Part shown: positions 18,201-30,200 of the stretch, one piece after another
Numbering within the stretch: position 1 is the stretch's first letter
How the letters are laid out: the number at the start of each line of letters is the position of its first letter
Assembly (NCBI GenBank): GCA_963666515.2
Contig: OY762897.2
Span: 3,872,001-3,936,000 of the forward strand
From: Candidatus Binatia bacterium
Lineage (GTDB): Bacteria; Desulfobacterota; Binatia; UBA9968; JAJDTQ01
Reading direction: 5' to 3'
DNA length: 64,000 nt
Notes under the pieces: model-generated
The model's input: only the letters and a program-made list of their open reading frames with translations
Database searches by the model: none
What the model was told of the DNA's origin: nothing
Program-made: the position numbers and the translations under genes

Positions 18201-21200
18201 GGCGCCTACGAGGCGGGTTTGAGCCTGAGCTTCGAGGGATTGTTCGTCGGCGAGGCGCGCCGGCGGGTGACGTTGCCGGGTTATCCGTTCCAGCGGCGGC
18301 GGTACTGGGTGGACGCGGCGCACGAGGTGCGCCGGGGCGTGGACCGGCATCCGGTCGGGGGCCGCGCTGACGATCTCCCGTACACGCAGGTGTGGCGGGA
18401 GGCGGAGAATTGCGGACCGCAGCCGGCGGCGTTCCTGCTGTCTCCCGAAGCCGCGGCGGCCGCGGCGGGCGGAATTGAAGAACACCTGGGGGCGGAAGGG
18501 TTGTCGCTGCCGGAGGCCGCGGCGTTGGCCGGCGACCTGGAACGGGTGTCCCGCGGGTATGCGTTGGCGACGTTGGACGCGTTGGGGTGGCGGCGGGAGC
18601 GCGGCGAGGAGGTGGAGACGGAGGCGTTGCGGCGCCGCCTGGAAGTGGTTCCGGACCACTCCGCGGCTTTCGGCCGGCTGTTGAGGCTGGCGGCGGCCGC
18701 GGGAGTCCTGGCGCCGGCGGCGGGCGGCCCGGACGGTTCCATGTGGCGCGCGGTATCGGGTTCGGAGGAAGGGTTGGCGGACGGCGCGCTGGCGGACCCG
18801 GACGGCCTCGCCGCGGCGCTGGCGGAGCGTCGCCCCGCGATGGCCGTCGAGCTGGCCCTGCTGTCGCGTTGCGCGGGTTCGCTGGCGGAGGTCCTGCGCG
18901 GGCGGTCGTCGCTGGTGGGTCTCCTGTTTGGCGAGGCGAGGCCGAACGCCGCGGAGCTGTACCGGGAAGCGCCGGCGATGCGCGCGGTGAGCCGGTTGGC
19001 AGGGGCGGTGGCGGGTGCGGCGGTCTCGGAGCTGCCCGCGGGGCGCCGGTTGCGCGTCCTGGAGCTGGGAGCGGGCACCGGAGGCACGACGGATTGGGTC
19101 CTGGCGGCGCTGCCGGAGGGGCGGTACGAGTACGCCTTCACCGACGTATCCGCGGGATTCTTCCCCGCGGCGCAGGAGCGGTTCGGCAACGGCGATCCGC
19201 TGGAATACCGGGAGCTGGACGTCGAGCGGGACCCGGTGGAACAGGGATTCCCCGCGCACGGGTACGACCTGGTGGTGGCGGCGAACGTGCTGCACGCGAC
19301 GCGGGACCTGAGGGAGACGCTGGCGCATTGCCGCCGGTTGCTGGCGCCGGACGGTTTGCTGGTGGCGCTGGAGGGCATGGAGCCGCAGGGGTGGCTGGAC
19401 GTGGCGTTCAGTCCGTTGGAGGGCTGGTGGCGGTTCCGGGAGGGAGCGGACGGATATCGTGAAGACTACCCGTTGATGGGGGCGGGTGAGTGGCGGCGGG
19501 CGCTCGGGGACGCCGGGTTCGGGGAGATGACGGTGGCGGGGCTGGCGGAAGAAGGCGCGTGGCAGGGCGTGGTGGTTGCGCGCGGGCCCGCGGAGTTGGA
19601 GGAGCCGGAGGGGTTGTGGGTGGTGGCCCCGGACGAGGGCGGCGAGGGCTTGGAGTTGGCGCGGCGGCTGGCGGAGCGCAACCAGCGGGTGGTGGTGGCG
19701 CTGGACGAGTCCGCGGGAGAGGCCGGGGATCCGACGGCGGCGGGCGTGGCCTCGGCGCGGCTGGACACGTCGAGCCGGGACGGCTGGTGCGGACTGCTGG
19801 CGGGGCTGTCCGGGGCGCCGTTGCGCGGGGTGGTGCATCTGGCGGCGTTGTCGGGACACGGCGGAAGCGCGGACGCGGCCGGGCCGGCGGCGGACGTGGA
19901 ACGCCTCGTCGGCAGCGCGCTGGCGCTGGCGCAGGGGTTGGCGGACGCCGGCGCGGAGCCGTCCGCGGGGTTGTTCCTGGTGACGCGCGGCGGGCAGGTG
20001 GTGGAGCGGGAGACCGGCGGGCAGTTGTCCGGCGCGGCGTTGTGGGGTTTGGGGCAGACGCTGGCGCAGGAGGCCGGGCCGTCGCGGCTGCGGATGGTGG
20101 ACCTGGACCCGGCCGCGGACGCCGGCATCGGCGGGTTGGTGGACGAGTTGCTGCACCCGGACGGGGAGACGCGGGTGGCGCACCGAGGCGGCGGCCGGCG
20201 GGTATTGCGCCTGGTCGGCGCGGAGGCCGGTCCGGGGCTGCCGGAGGACGGCGAGTCGCGGCTCGGGGCGGGCGCTGGCGGGGGGCCGGCGCGGCTGGCC
20301 GCGGGCGTTGGCGACGGCGCCGCAGAGCCGCCGGCCGGCCTGTTGGAGCGGTTGCGGCAAGCGCGGGCGTCGGATCGGGAGGAGCTGCTGCTCGGATTCG
20401 TGCGGCGGGAGCTGCAGGCGGTGTTGGGGCTTCCGTCCCTGCCCGCGGCCGGGGTGGGGTTCTTCGACCTCGGCATGGACTCGTTGATGGCGGTCAAGTT
20501 CCAGACCGGCCTGAACCGGGGTCTGGCGGGGGTGTATTCCGCGCCGAGCACCGTGGCCTTCGACTACGCCAGTTGCGAGCTTCTGGCCCGTCACCTGGCG
20601 GAGCAACTGGGGGTTCTCGATGCGCCGGCGGAACCGGCGCACCGGGCGCCGGCGCCGGGCGGCGACGAAGAGGTGGCGGTGGTGGGGATGGCGTGCCGTT
20701 TCCCCGGCGGCGGGGACCTGGCAGCGTTCTGGCGGCTGCTGGAGTCCGGCGGGGATGCGGTCACGGAGGGGCGTGACCGGCTCCCCGGGTCTTCCGCGGT
20801 AACGCCCTGGAGCGCGGCGCTGGCCGAGGGGTCGAACCGGTGGGGCGGTTTCATCGAGGGGCTGGACCTCTTCGACGCCGAGTTCTTCCGTATAGCGCCG
20901 GTGGAGGCGCGGCTGCTGGACCCGCAGCAGCGGTTGCTGCTGGAGACGAGCTGGCAGGCGCTGGAGTCGGCGGCTACGGACGCGGCGCGGCTCAAGGGCA
21001 GCCGCACCGGAGTGTACGCCGGGATATCGAGCCACGACTACTGGGACATGTTGTCGGCCGCGGGTGGGGAGGACGCGCTGGCCATGTACGCGGCCACCGG
21101 GGCCAGCGGCAGCACCGCCATCGGCCGGGTGGCGTTCGTGCTGGGGCTGGAGGGACCGGTGCTGGCGGTGGACACGGCGTGCTCGTCGTCGCTGGTGGCG

Positions 21201-24200
21201 GTGCACCAGGCGGTGCTGGGATTGCAGCGGGGCGACGCCGACCTGGCGCTGGCGGGCGGGGTGCACGTGATGCTGTCGCCGGCGGTGACGGAGTCGTTCC
21301 GGCGCGGCGGGATGCTGTCTCCGGACGGGCGCTGCAAGACGTTCGACGCGTCGGCGAACGGGTACGTCCGCGGCGAGGGCTGCGGGGTGGTGGTGCTGAA
21401 GCGGCTGCGGGACGCGGAGGCGGACGGGGACCGGATCTGGGCCGTGATCCGTGGGTCGGCGGTGAACCACGACGGCGCGAGCGCGGGGCTGACGGTGCCG
21501 AGCGGGCCGGCTCAGGAGCGTGTGATCGGGACGGCGTTGGCGCAGGCGGGTCTGTCGCCCGCGGAGGTGGACTACCTGGAGGCCCACGGGACCGGGACGG
21601 AGCTGGGGGACCCGATCGAGGTGAATGCCGCGGCCGCGGCGTATGGCGCGGGCCGCGAGCCGGAGCGTCCGCTGCTGCTGGGGTCGGCCAAGACCAACGT
21701 GGGACACCTGGAGGCGGCTGCCGGGGTGGCGGGGCTGATCAAGGTGGTGCTGTCGATGGCGCACGGGGTGATCCCCAAGAGCCTGCATTTTCGGGAGCCG
21801 AATCCGCACGTGGACTGGGCGGGGCTGCCGGTGCGGGTGGTGTCGGAGCAGGAGGAGTGGCCGGTGCGGGAGGGGGCGCCGGCGCGGGCGGGGGTGAGTT
21901 CGTTCGGGTTTTCGGGGACCAACGCGCACGTGGTGGTGGAGGGGTATGGAGACGCGTCGGAGCAGGGGAAAGGGCTGACGGGTTCCGGGCGGGCGGTGCC
22001 GGTGGGATCGCCGGACGGGCTCGTGGAGGAAGGGCCGGAGGGTGGTGATGAGTGTGAGGCACGGGAGCGCCGGCTGCTGGCGTTGTCGGGCCGGACGGAG
22101 GGGGCGGTGCGGGAGTTGGCGGGTCGTTACGTGGAGTGGCTGGAGGAGCAAGGGCCGTGGACGGACGAGGGTGTCGAGGATGGGGATTTGTCCGGGCGGG
22201 AGAGGTTGGCGGACATGGCGTGGACGGCCGGGGTGGGACGGAGCCACCACGGGCATCGGGCGGGGGTCACGTTTGCGGGTGCCGAGGAGTTGCGCGGGAA
22301 GCTGGCGGAGCTGGCGGAGGGGAGGAGCGCGCCGGGGGTGTCGGCGGGATCGAGGGCGGCGCGGGAGAGCGAGGAGGCGCCGAAGGTGGGCTTTCTGTTC
22401 ACGGGCCAGGGGAGCCAGTGGGCGGGGATGGGCCGCGGGCTGTACGAGCGGGAGCCGGTGTTCCGCGGGGTCCTGGACCGGTGCGAGGCCGCGGTGCGTG
22501 AGCTTCGCGGGGAGTCGCTGCTGGAGGTGATGTTCGGGGAGGAGGGAGCCGAGGGGTCTCTGGACGACACGCGGTGGACGCAGCCCGGGTTGTACGCGCT
22601 GGAGGCAGGGTTGTGCGAGTTGTGGGCGAGCATGGGTGTGAGGCCGTCGGCGGTGCTGGGCCACAGCGTTGGGGAGATAGCGGCGGCGTATGCGGCGGGG
22701 GTTTGGACGCTGGAGGAAGGGGTGCGGTTTGCGGCGCGGCGCGGAGAGTTGATGAGGAATTTGCCGGTGTCGGGGCCGAGGGCAGGAGCGATGGCCGCGG
22801 TGTTCACGACGGCGGGGGGAGTGGAGGAGCTGGTGGCGGCGGTGAACGGGACGAAGGGTGGAGAGGATTGGCTGAGCGTAGGGGCGTACAACGGAGCGCA
22901 CCAGGTGGTGAGCGGAGCGGCCGGGGCCGTGGAGGCTCTGCTGGAGCAATGTGAGGGGAGCGGGATACGCGCGGCGCGGTTGCGTGTGAGCCACGGGTTC
23001 CACAGCGTGCTGATGGAGCCGGTTCTGGAGGAGTTGGAGGGGTTGCTGGAGGGGGTGGGTGTATCGGCGCCCGGGGTGGATTTGGTGAGCAACTTGACCG
23101 GGCGGGTGATGGGAGCGGGAGAGTTGATGGACGGGGCGTACTGGCGGCGTCACGCGCGGGAGCCGGTGGCGTTCGGGGCCGGGGTGGCGGCGTTGTCGGA
23201 GATGGGGGTGGAGGTGCTGGTGGAGTTGGGGCCGGGGCCGGTGCTGGGCGCGATGGCGGCATTGGCGTGGCCGGTGGGAGAGGTCAACGGCGCCGCGGCG
23301 CCTTCGGGCTCGGGGGCTGGGGGGCCGGTGGTGGTGCCGAGTCTGAGAGGCAAGGGTGAGGATGGCGTCGGGGGAACGTCGGACGGCGGTTTCGTGGAGG
23401 CGGTGGCGGGGGCGTATGCGGCCGGGTTGGAGGTGGGCTTCGCGGGCCTGTTCGTGGGAGAGGAGCGCCGCCGGGTGTCGTTGCCGGGGTATCCCTTCCA
23501 GCGGCAGCGGTACTGGGCGGATGCAACCGCGCCCGAGTTCCCGTCGGTGGCAAGGCGCGCGGAGGAACTGCTGTACACGCCGGTCTGGCGCGAGGCCGCG
23601 TCCGCGGGCGAGCCGCGGCAGGGGGTGGCCGAGGCGGAAGCGGCGCCGGGGCTGTGGGTGGTGGCGTTGGACCATGAGGGCGAGGGGATGGAGCTGGCGG
23701 GAGAGCTGGCGGCGCGGAATCAGCGCGTGGTGGCGGTGGCGGACGAGGGGGTGGAGGTAGATGAGGCGTCAGGAGCGGACGTGGTGCGGCTGGCGACCTC
23801 GAGCCGGAAGGGATGGCGGGGACTGCTGGAGGGGTTGTCGCAGGAGGGGTTGCGGGGCGTGGTGCATCTCGGAGCGTTGTCGGGTCACGGGTGCGGCGCG
23901 GCCGCGGCGGAGATGGCGGAGGACGTGGAGCGCGGGACCGGGAGCGCGCTGGCGCTGGCGCAAGGGCTGCTGGACGCCGGGGTGGAGCCGGCCGCGGGGC
24001 TGTGGCTGGTGACGCGCGGGGCGCAGGTGGTGGCGGAGGAGCGGGCGGGCGAGTTGGCGGGAGCGGCGCTGTGGGGGCTGGGGAAGACGCTGGTGCTGGA
24101 GGCGGGGCAGGTAAAGCCCCGGTTGGTGGATTTGGACCCGGAGGAGGAGAGCGGGTTCGAGGCTCTGGTGGAGGAGTTGCTGCGCCCGGACCGGGAGACG

Positions 24201-27200
24201 GAGGTGGCGTATCGCGGCGGCCGACGGGTGTTGCGCCTGGTGCGCGGGGTTGTGCGGCCGGCGTTGCCCGAGCAGGCGGACGGGCGGCCGGCGCCGGAGG
24301 CGGACGGTCCGTTGGAGAGCGTGGCGCCGTCGCCGGGCGGGCTGCGGGAGGACGGCACGTACCTGGTGACCGGAGGGCTGGGAGGCATCGGCCTGGAGTT
24401 GGCCGGGTGGCTGGCGGACCGCGGCGCGCGGAGCCTGGTGCTGAACGGCCGGCGGGAGCCGGGAGAGCCGGCCAAGGCGGTGGTGGAAGGGCTGCGCGGG
24501 AGGGGGGTGGACGTGCGGGTGGAGCTGGCGGACGTGACCGACGAGGCCGCGGTGGCGGCGATGCTGGAGCGCGTGGAAGGGGAGATGCCCCGGTTGGCGG
24601 GGGTGTTTCACAGCGTCGGGGTGTTGTCGGACGCATCGGTCCTGAACCAGGACTGGAGCCGGTTCGAGCGGGTGCTGTGGCCGAAGGTCCTGGGGGCGTG
24701 GCGCCTGCACCGGGCGACCGCGGAGCGGGAGCTGGACCTGTTCGTGCTGTTCACGAGCCTGATGGGAGTGCTGGGCAATCCCGGACAGGCGAACTACGCC
24801 GCGGCCAATGCGTTCCTGGACCAGTTGGCCCGGCACCGCCGGGCGTCGGGACTGGCGGGGCAGTCCATCGCGTGGGGAGCGTGGTCGGGGACGGGGGAGG
24901 CGGAAGAGCAGCGGGATCAGATCGCCAAGCGGTTGGCGGCTGCCGGAATGGGCTGGATGACGGCGCAACAGGGTCTGGAGGCGTTGGACCGGGTGTTGCG
25001 CGCCGGAGCGGCCACCAGCGTGGCGGCGTCGGTGGACTGGCGGTTGTACGGAGAGCGCGTGAAGGAGGCGCCGCCGTTGCTGGAGGAGCTGGTGGCCGCG
25101 GCCGCGGGCGGCGGCCCGGAGCCGGGACGGGACCTGATGGACCGGCTGCGGGAGGCGCGGGAGCCGGAGCGGGAAGGGATGCTGCTGGAGTTCGTGCAGC
25201 GGGAGTTGCAGGGGGTGTTGCAGACCCCGGCGTTGCCGGACGCGGAGGTGGGCTTTTTTGACCTGGGGATGGACTCGTTGACCGCCGCGGAGTTGCGGAA
25301 CCGTCTCAACCGGGGATTGGCGGGCGTCGCGGTGCTGCCGGGCACGGTGGTGTTCGACCACGGCAGTCCGGCGGCGTTGGCGCGGCATCTGGCGGAGGAA
25401 TTGGGGTTCCTCGACGCCCCGGCGGCGCCGGCGCGGCGCGCGTTGTTGCCGCGCGGGGACGACAGGATCGCGGTCGTGGGCATGGCGTGCCGTTTTCCCG
25501 GCGGCGGCGGCCTGGAGGGGTTCTGGCGGCTGCTGGAGTCGGGCGGGGACGTGGTCACCGAGAGTCGTGTCAGCCCGGTGGGCGGTCCCGCGGCAGGACT
25601 CTACGGGGACGTCCCGGACGACGGGTCGTGGGGAGGCTTCATCGAAGGCGTGGACCTGTTCGACGCGGACTTTTTCCGCATCGCCCCGGTGGAGGCGTAC
25701 GTCCTGGACCCTCAACAGCGGTTGCTGCTGGAGACGAGCTGGGAGGCGCTGGAGTCCGCGGGAATCGACGCCGGGCGCCTCAAGGGGAGCCGCACGGGGG
25801 TGTACGCGGGGATCACCTCCCAGGACTACCGGGAACTGGTGGCGGCCAGCGGGGTGGATTCCGCCAGCCTGTACGTCGAGTCGGGAAACGGCGGCAGCAC
25901 GGCCATCGGCCGGATCGCTTTCACGCTGGGCCTGGAGGGTCCCGCGATGGCGGTGGACACGGCGTGCTCGTCGTCCCTGGTGGCGCTGCACCAGGCCGCG
26001 TCGGCCCTGCAGCGCGGGGAGGCGGACTTGGCTCTGGCGGGCGGGGTGAACGTGCTGCTGTCCGCGGCCATGACCGAGTCGCTCCGCAACGGCGGGATGC
26101 TGTCGCCGGAAGGACGCTGCAAGACCTTCGACGCGTCCGCGGACGGATACGTGCGGGGCGAGGGCTGCGGCGTGGTGGTGTTGAAGCGGCTGCGGGACGC
26201 GGAGGCGGACGGGGACCGCATCTGGGGGGTCATCGTCGGCTCCGCGGTGAACCACGACGGGGCGAGCGCGGGGTTGACGGTTCCCAACGGTTCGGCGCAG
26301 GAGCGTGTGATCGCGGAGGCGCTGGCGCGCGCGGGGCTGGAGCCCCGGGACGTGGACTACCTGGAGGCGCACGGCAGCGGCACGGAGCTGGGCGACCCCA
26401 TCGAGGTGCGCGCCGCGGCCGCGGCCTATGGCGCCGGCCGCGACGCCGGGCGTCCGCTGCTGCTGGGGACGGTGAAGACGAACATCGGGCACCTGGAGGC
26501 GGCCGCGGGAGTGGCGGGCCTGATCAAGGCGGTGCTGTCGATGGCGCACGGGGTGATTCCCGGGAGCCTGCACTACCGGGAGCCGAACCCGCACGTGGAC
26601 TGGGCGCGGCTGCCGGTGCGGGTGGTGTCCGAGGCCGAGGACTGGCCGTCGGGCGCCGGGCGCCCGGCGCGCACAGGGGTCAGCTCGTTCGGGTTTTCGG
26701 GCACCAACGCGCACGTGGTGGTGGAGGCATACGGCGCGGACGCGGAGGCCGGCGATGCCGATTCCGCCGCGGGCCGGAGTCCGGCGGCGCCGCGCGACGG
26801 CGCGGCCTCGGGGCCCGCGGTGGCGGTGGAATGGCCGGAGGGAGTAGCGGAGCTGCGGCCGGCGGCGGCAACCGGCGCTGTCCCCGCGGCGCGGGAGCGG
26901 CGGCTGCTGCCGTTGTCCGGGCACACCGCGGAGGCGCTGCGGGCGCTTGCCGGACGCTATGCGGACTGGCTGGAGGAGCGCGGGCCGTCTCCGGCCGGCG
27001 ACGGCGACCCGGGCGCCGTCGCCGGCGAGTGGCTGGCGGACGTGGCGTGGACGGCCGGGGTCGGACGGAGCCATCACCGGCGTCGGGCCGGGGTGACGTT
27101 CGGCGACGCGGGAGAGTTGCGGGAGAAGCTCGCAGAGCTGGCGTCGGGGAGCGGGGAGGAGGCCGCGGTCTGGCCGCGGACCGGGCCGGAGCCGAAGGTG

Positions 27201-30200
27201 GGGTTCCTGTTCACCGGTCAGGGGAGCCAGTGGGTGGGGATGGGGCGGGAGTTGTACGACCGCGAGCCGGTGTTCCGGGCCGTCCTGGACCGGTGCGACA
27301 CCGTGGTCGCGGCACTGCGGGGGGAGTCGCTCCTGGGGGTGATGTTCGGGGACGCGGGGAGCGCCGGATCGTTGGACGACACGCGCTGGACGCAGCCGGC
27401 GCTTTACGCGCTGGAGGCGGGCCTGACGGCGTTGTGGGCGAGCGTGGGGGTGAGGCCGTCGGCGGTGCTGGGGCACAGCGTGGGGGAGATCGCCGCGGCG
27501 CATGCGGCCGGGGTGTTCTCGCTGGAGGAGGGGCTGCGTTTCGCGGCGCGGCGCGGCGAGCTGATGGGATCGTTGCCGGCGGAGGGACCGGAGGCGGGCG
27601 CCATGGCCGCGGTGTTCGCGCCCGCGGCGCGGGTGGAGACGCTGGCGGCGGCGGTGAACGGGGCCGCGGGGGGCGAGGGCCTGTGCTTGGCGGCGTACAA
27701 CGGCGGGCACCAGGTGGTGAGCGGGCCGGCGGCGGCGGTGGCCGCGGCGTTGGAGCGGTGCGCGGACGCTGGCATCCGCGCCGAGCGGCTGCGGGTGAGC
27801 CACGGGTTCCACAGCGGGCTGATGGAGCCGGTCCTGGAGGAGCTGGAGGGATCGCTGGAGGGGGTCGAGGCCGCGGCGCCCAGGGCGGCGCTGGTGAGCA
27901 ACGTGACCGGCGCGGTGTGGCCCGCGGGCGAGGTGATGGACGGGGTCTACTGGCGGCGGCAGGCGCGGGAGCCGGTGGCGTTCGGCTCCGGGGTGGCGGC
28001 GCTGGCGGGTCTGGGACTGGACGTGCTGGTGGAGTTGGGGCCCGGGCCGGTGCTGGGCAGGATGGCGGCGCTGGCGTGGCCGGCCGCGGAGGACGGGGAC
28101 GGCGTGTCTTCGGGTTCGGGTTCCACGGGACCGGCGGTGCTGTCGAGCCTTGCGGGCAGGACCGCGGGGGCGGGATCGGGGTCGCGGGACGGGGGGTTCC
28201 TGGAGGCGGCCGCGGCAGCGTATGCCGCGGGCGCGGGATTGAGCTTCGAGGGGCTGTTCGTGGGCGAGCAGCGCCGGCGGGTGTCGTTGCCGGGGTATCC
28301 GTTCCAGCGGCAGCGGTACTGGATCGACGCGCCGAGGCGCCGCCGCGCCGTGGACGCGGCCCACCCGTGGCTGGGAGAGCGGCGGGAGTCGGCCCGCGGC
28401 GAGACCACGTTCGAGACCGAGCTGTATCCGTCGGAGCCGGAGTGGCTGTCGGACCACCGGATCTTCGGCCGGGTGGTGGTTCCCGGGGCGATGCACGGGA
28501 CGCTGGCGTTGAGCGCGGCTTCGCTGGTCGCCGGGCGGCGGACCGCGGGCGGCGCGGACGGGAAGGTCGGCCTGTCGGACATGCGCTTCCATACGCCGTT
28601 GCTGTTGCCGGAGGAGGCAGGCGACCGCGGCGAGCCCGGGCGGACGGTGCAGGTGGTGCTGGGGGCGGCCGACGGCTCGCCGGAGCGGCCGGTGGAGGTC
28701 TACAGCAAGGGGAGCGATGAGGCGGACTGGACGCTGCACGCGGAGGCGCGCGCGGGCGTGGCCGCGGCGTCCGGCCCGCGCGCGGACCTGGAGGCCTTGA
28801 GGGATCGGTTGTCGGAGCGGGACGTGGGCAAGGCGTACCGCGGGTTCGAGGCCGCGGGATTGAATCTGGGGACTTCGTTCCGCGCGGTGCGGCGGCTGTG
28901 GGCGGGGGCCGGGGAGGCGCTGGGGGAGGTGTCGGTGCCGGAGGCCGTCAAGGACCGGGAGGCGGGCCTGCATCCGGTGCTGCTGGACGGCTGCTTCCAG
29001 ATGCTGGTGATGGTGCTGGCGCAGCGGGAAGAGCAGGACGAGGGCGACGTCGCGACGTATCTGCCCTTCGGCTGGGAGCGGCTGTGGGTGAGCGGGGCGT
29101 TGCCGGCGGGGGTGACGTGCCACGCGCGGCTGCGGCAGGAGTCCGGCGCGGACGCCGGCGCCCGCAACGGGCTGGGAGAGGTCCTCACCGTGGACTTGGG
29201 GCTGTACGGCGAGGACGGCGCGGCGCTGGGCGCGGTGACGGGACTGGCGCTGAAACGGGCGACGCGGGCGGCGTTCCTGTCGGGCGCGGTCCGGTCGGAG
29301 GAGCTGCTGTACACGCCGGTGTGGCGGGAGACGGGTCTCGGCGGAGCCTTGGCGCAGGGCGAGGCCGACGGCGTAGGGCAGGACGAGGCCGACGGCGTAG
29401 CGCGGGGCGTGGCCGTGGCGCCGGGACCGGCGGAGGTGGAGGAGGCTCCGGGGTTGTGGGTGGTGGCGTCGGACCGGGGCGGCGAGGGCCTGGATCTGGC
29501 CGCGCGGCTGGCGGAGCGGAGTCAGCGCGTGGTGGTGGCGGTGGACGAGCACGCGGCCGGGGCGGAGACGGGGGGAGTGCCCGGGGTGGAGCTGTCGCGG
29601 GTGGACACGTCGAGCCGGGAGGCGTGGCGCGGGCTCCTGGAAGGACTGCCCGGGGAGCCGCGCTTGCGCGGGGTGGTGCATCTGGCGGCCTTGTCCGGGC
29701 ACGGCTGCGGCGCGGAAGCCGCGGAGTTGGCCGAAGACCTGCGGCGAAGCGCCGGCAGCGCGCTGTCGCTGTCGCAGGGACTCCTGGACGCCGGCAAGGA
29801 GCTGGAGAATGGGCTGTGGTTGCTGACGCGGGGGGCGCAGGTGGTGGAGCGGGAGCACGGCGGCGAGTTGTCGGGCGCGGCGTTGTGGGGATTGGGCAGG
29901 ACGCTGGCGACGGAGGTGGAGATGCTGCGGCCGCGCATGGTGGACCTGGACCCGGACGAGGGGCCGGATCTGGACGGATTGGTGGAGGAACTGCTGCGCC
30001 CGGACGGTGAGCGGGAGGTGGCGTATCGCGGCGGCCGGCGCCTGGCGCTTCGCCTGGTGCGTTCCGGGCGCGGTTTGCCGGAAGGGACGGAGTGGCGGCT
30101 GGCCGCGGGCGCGGACGGGCTGCTGGAGAGCGTGGGCACGGAGCGGGCGCCGGCGCGGGCGCTGGAGGCCGGGGAGTTGCGGGTGGCGGTGGAGGCCGCG

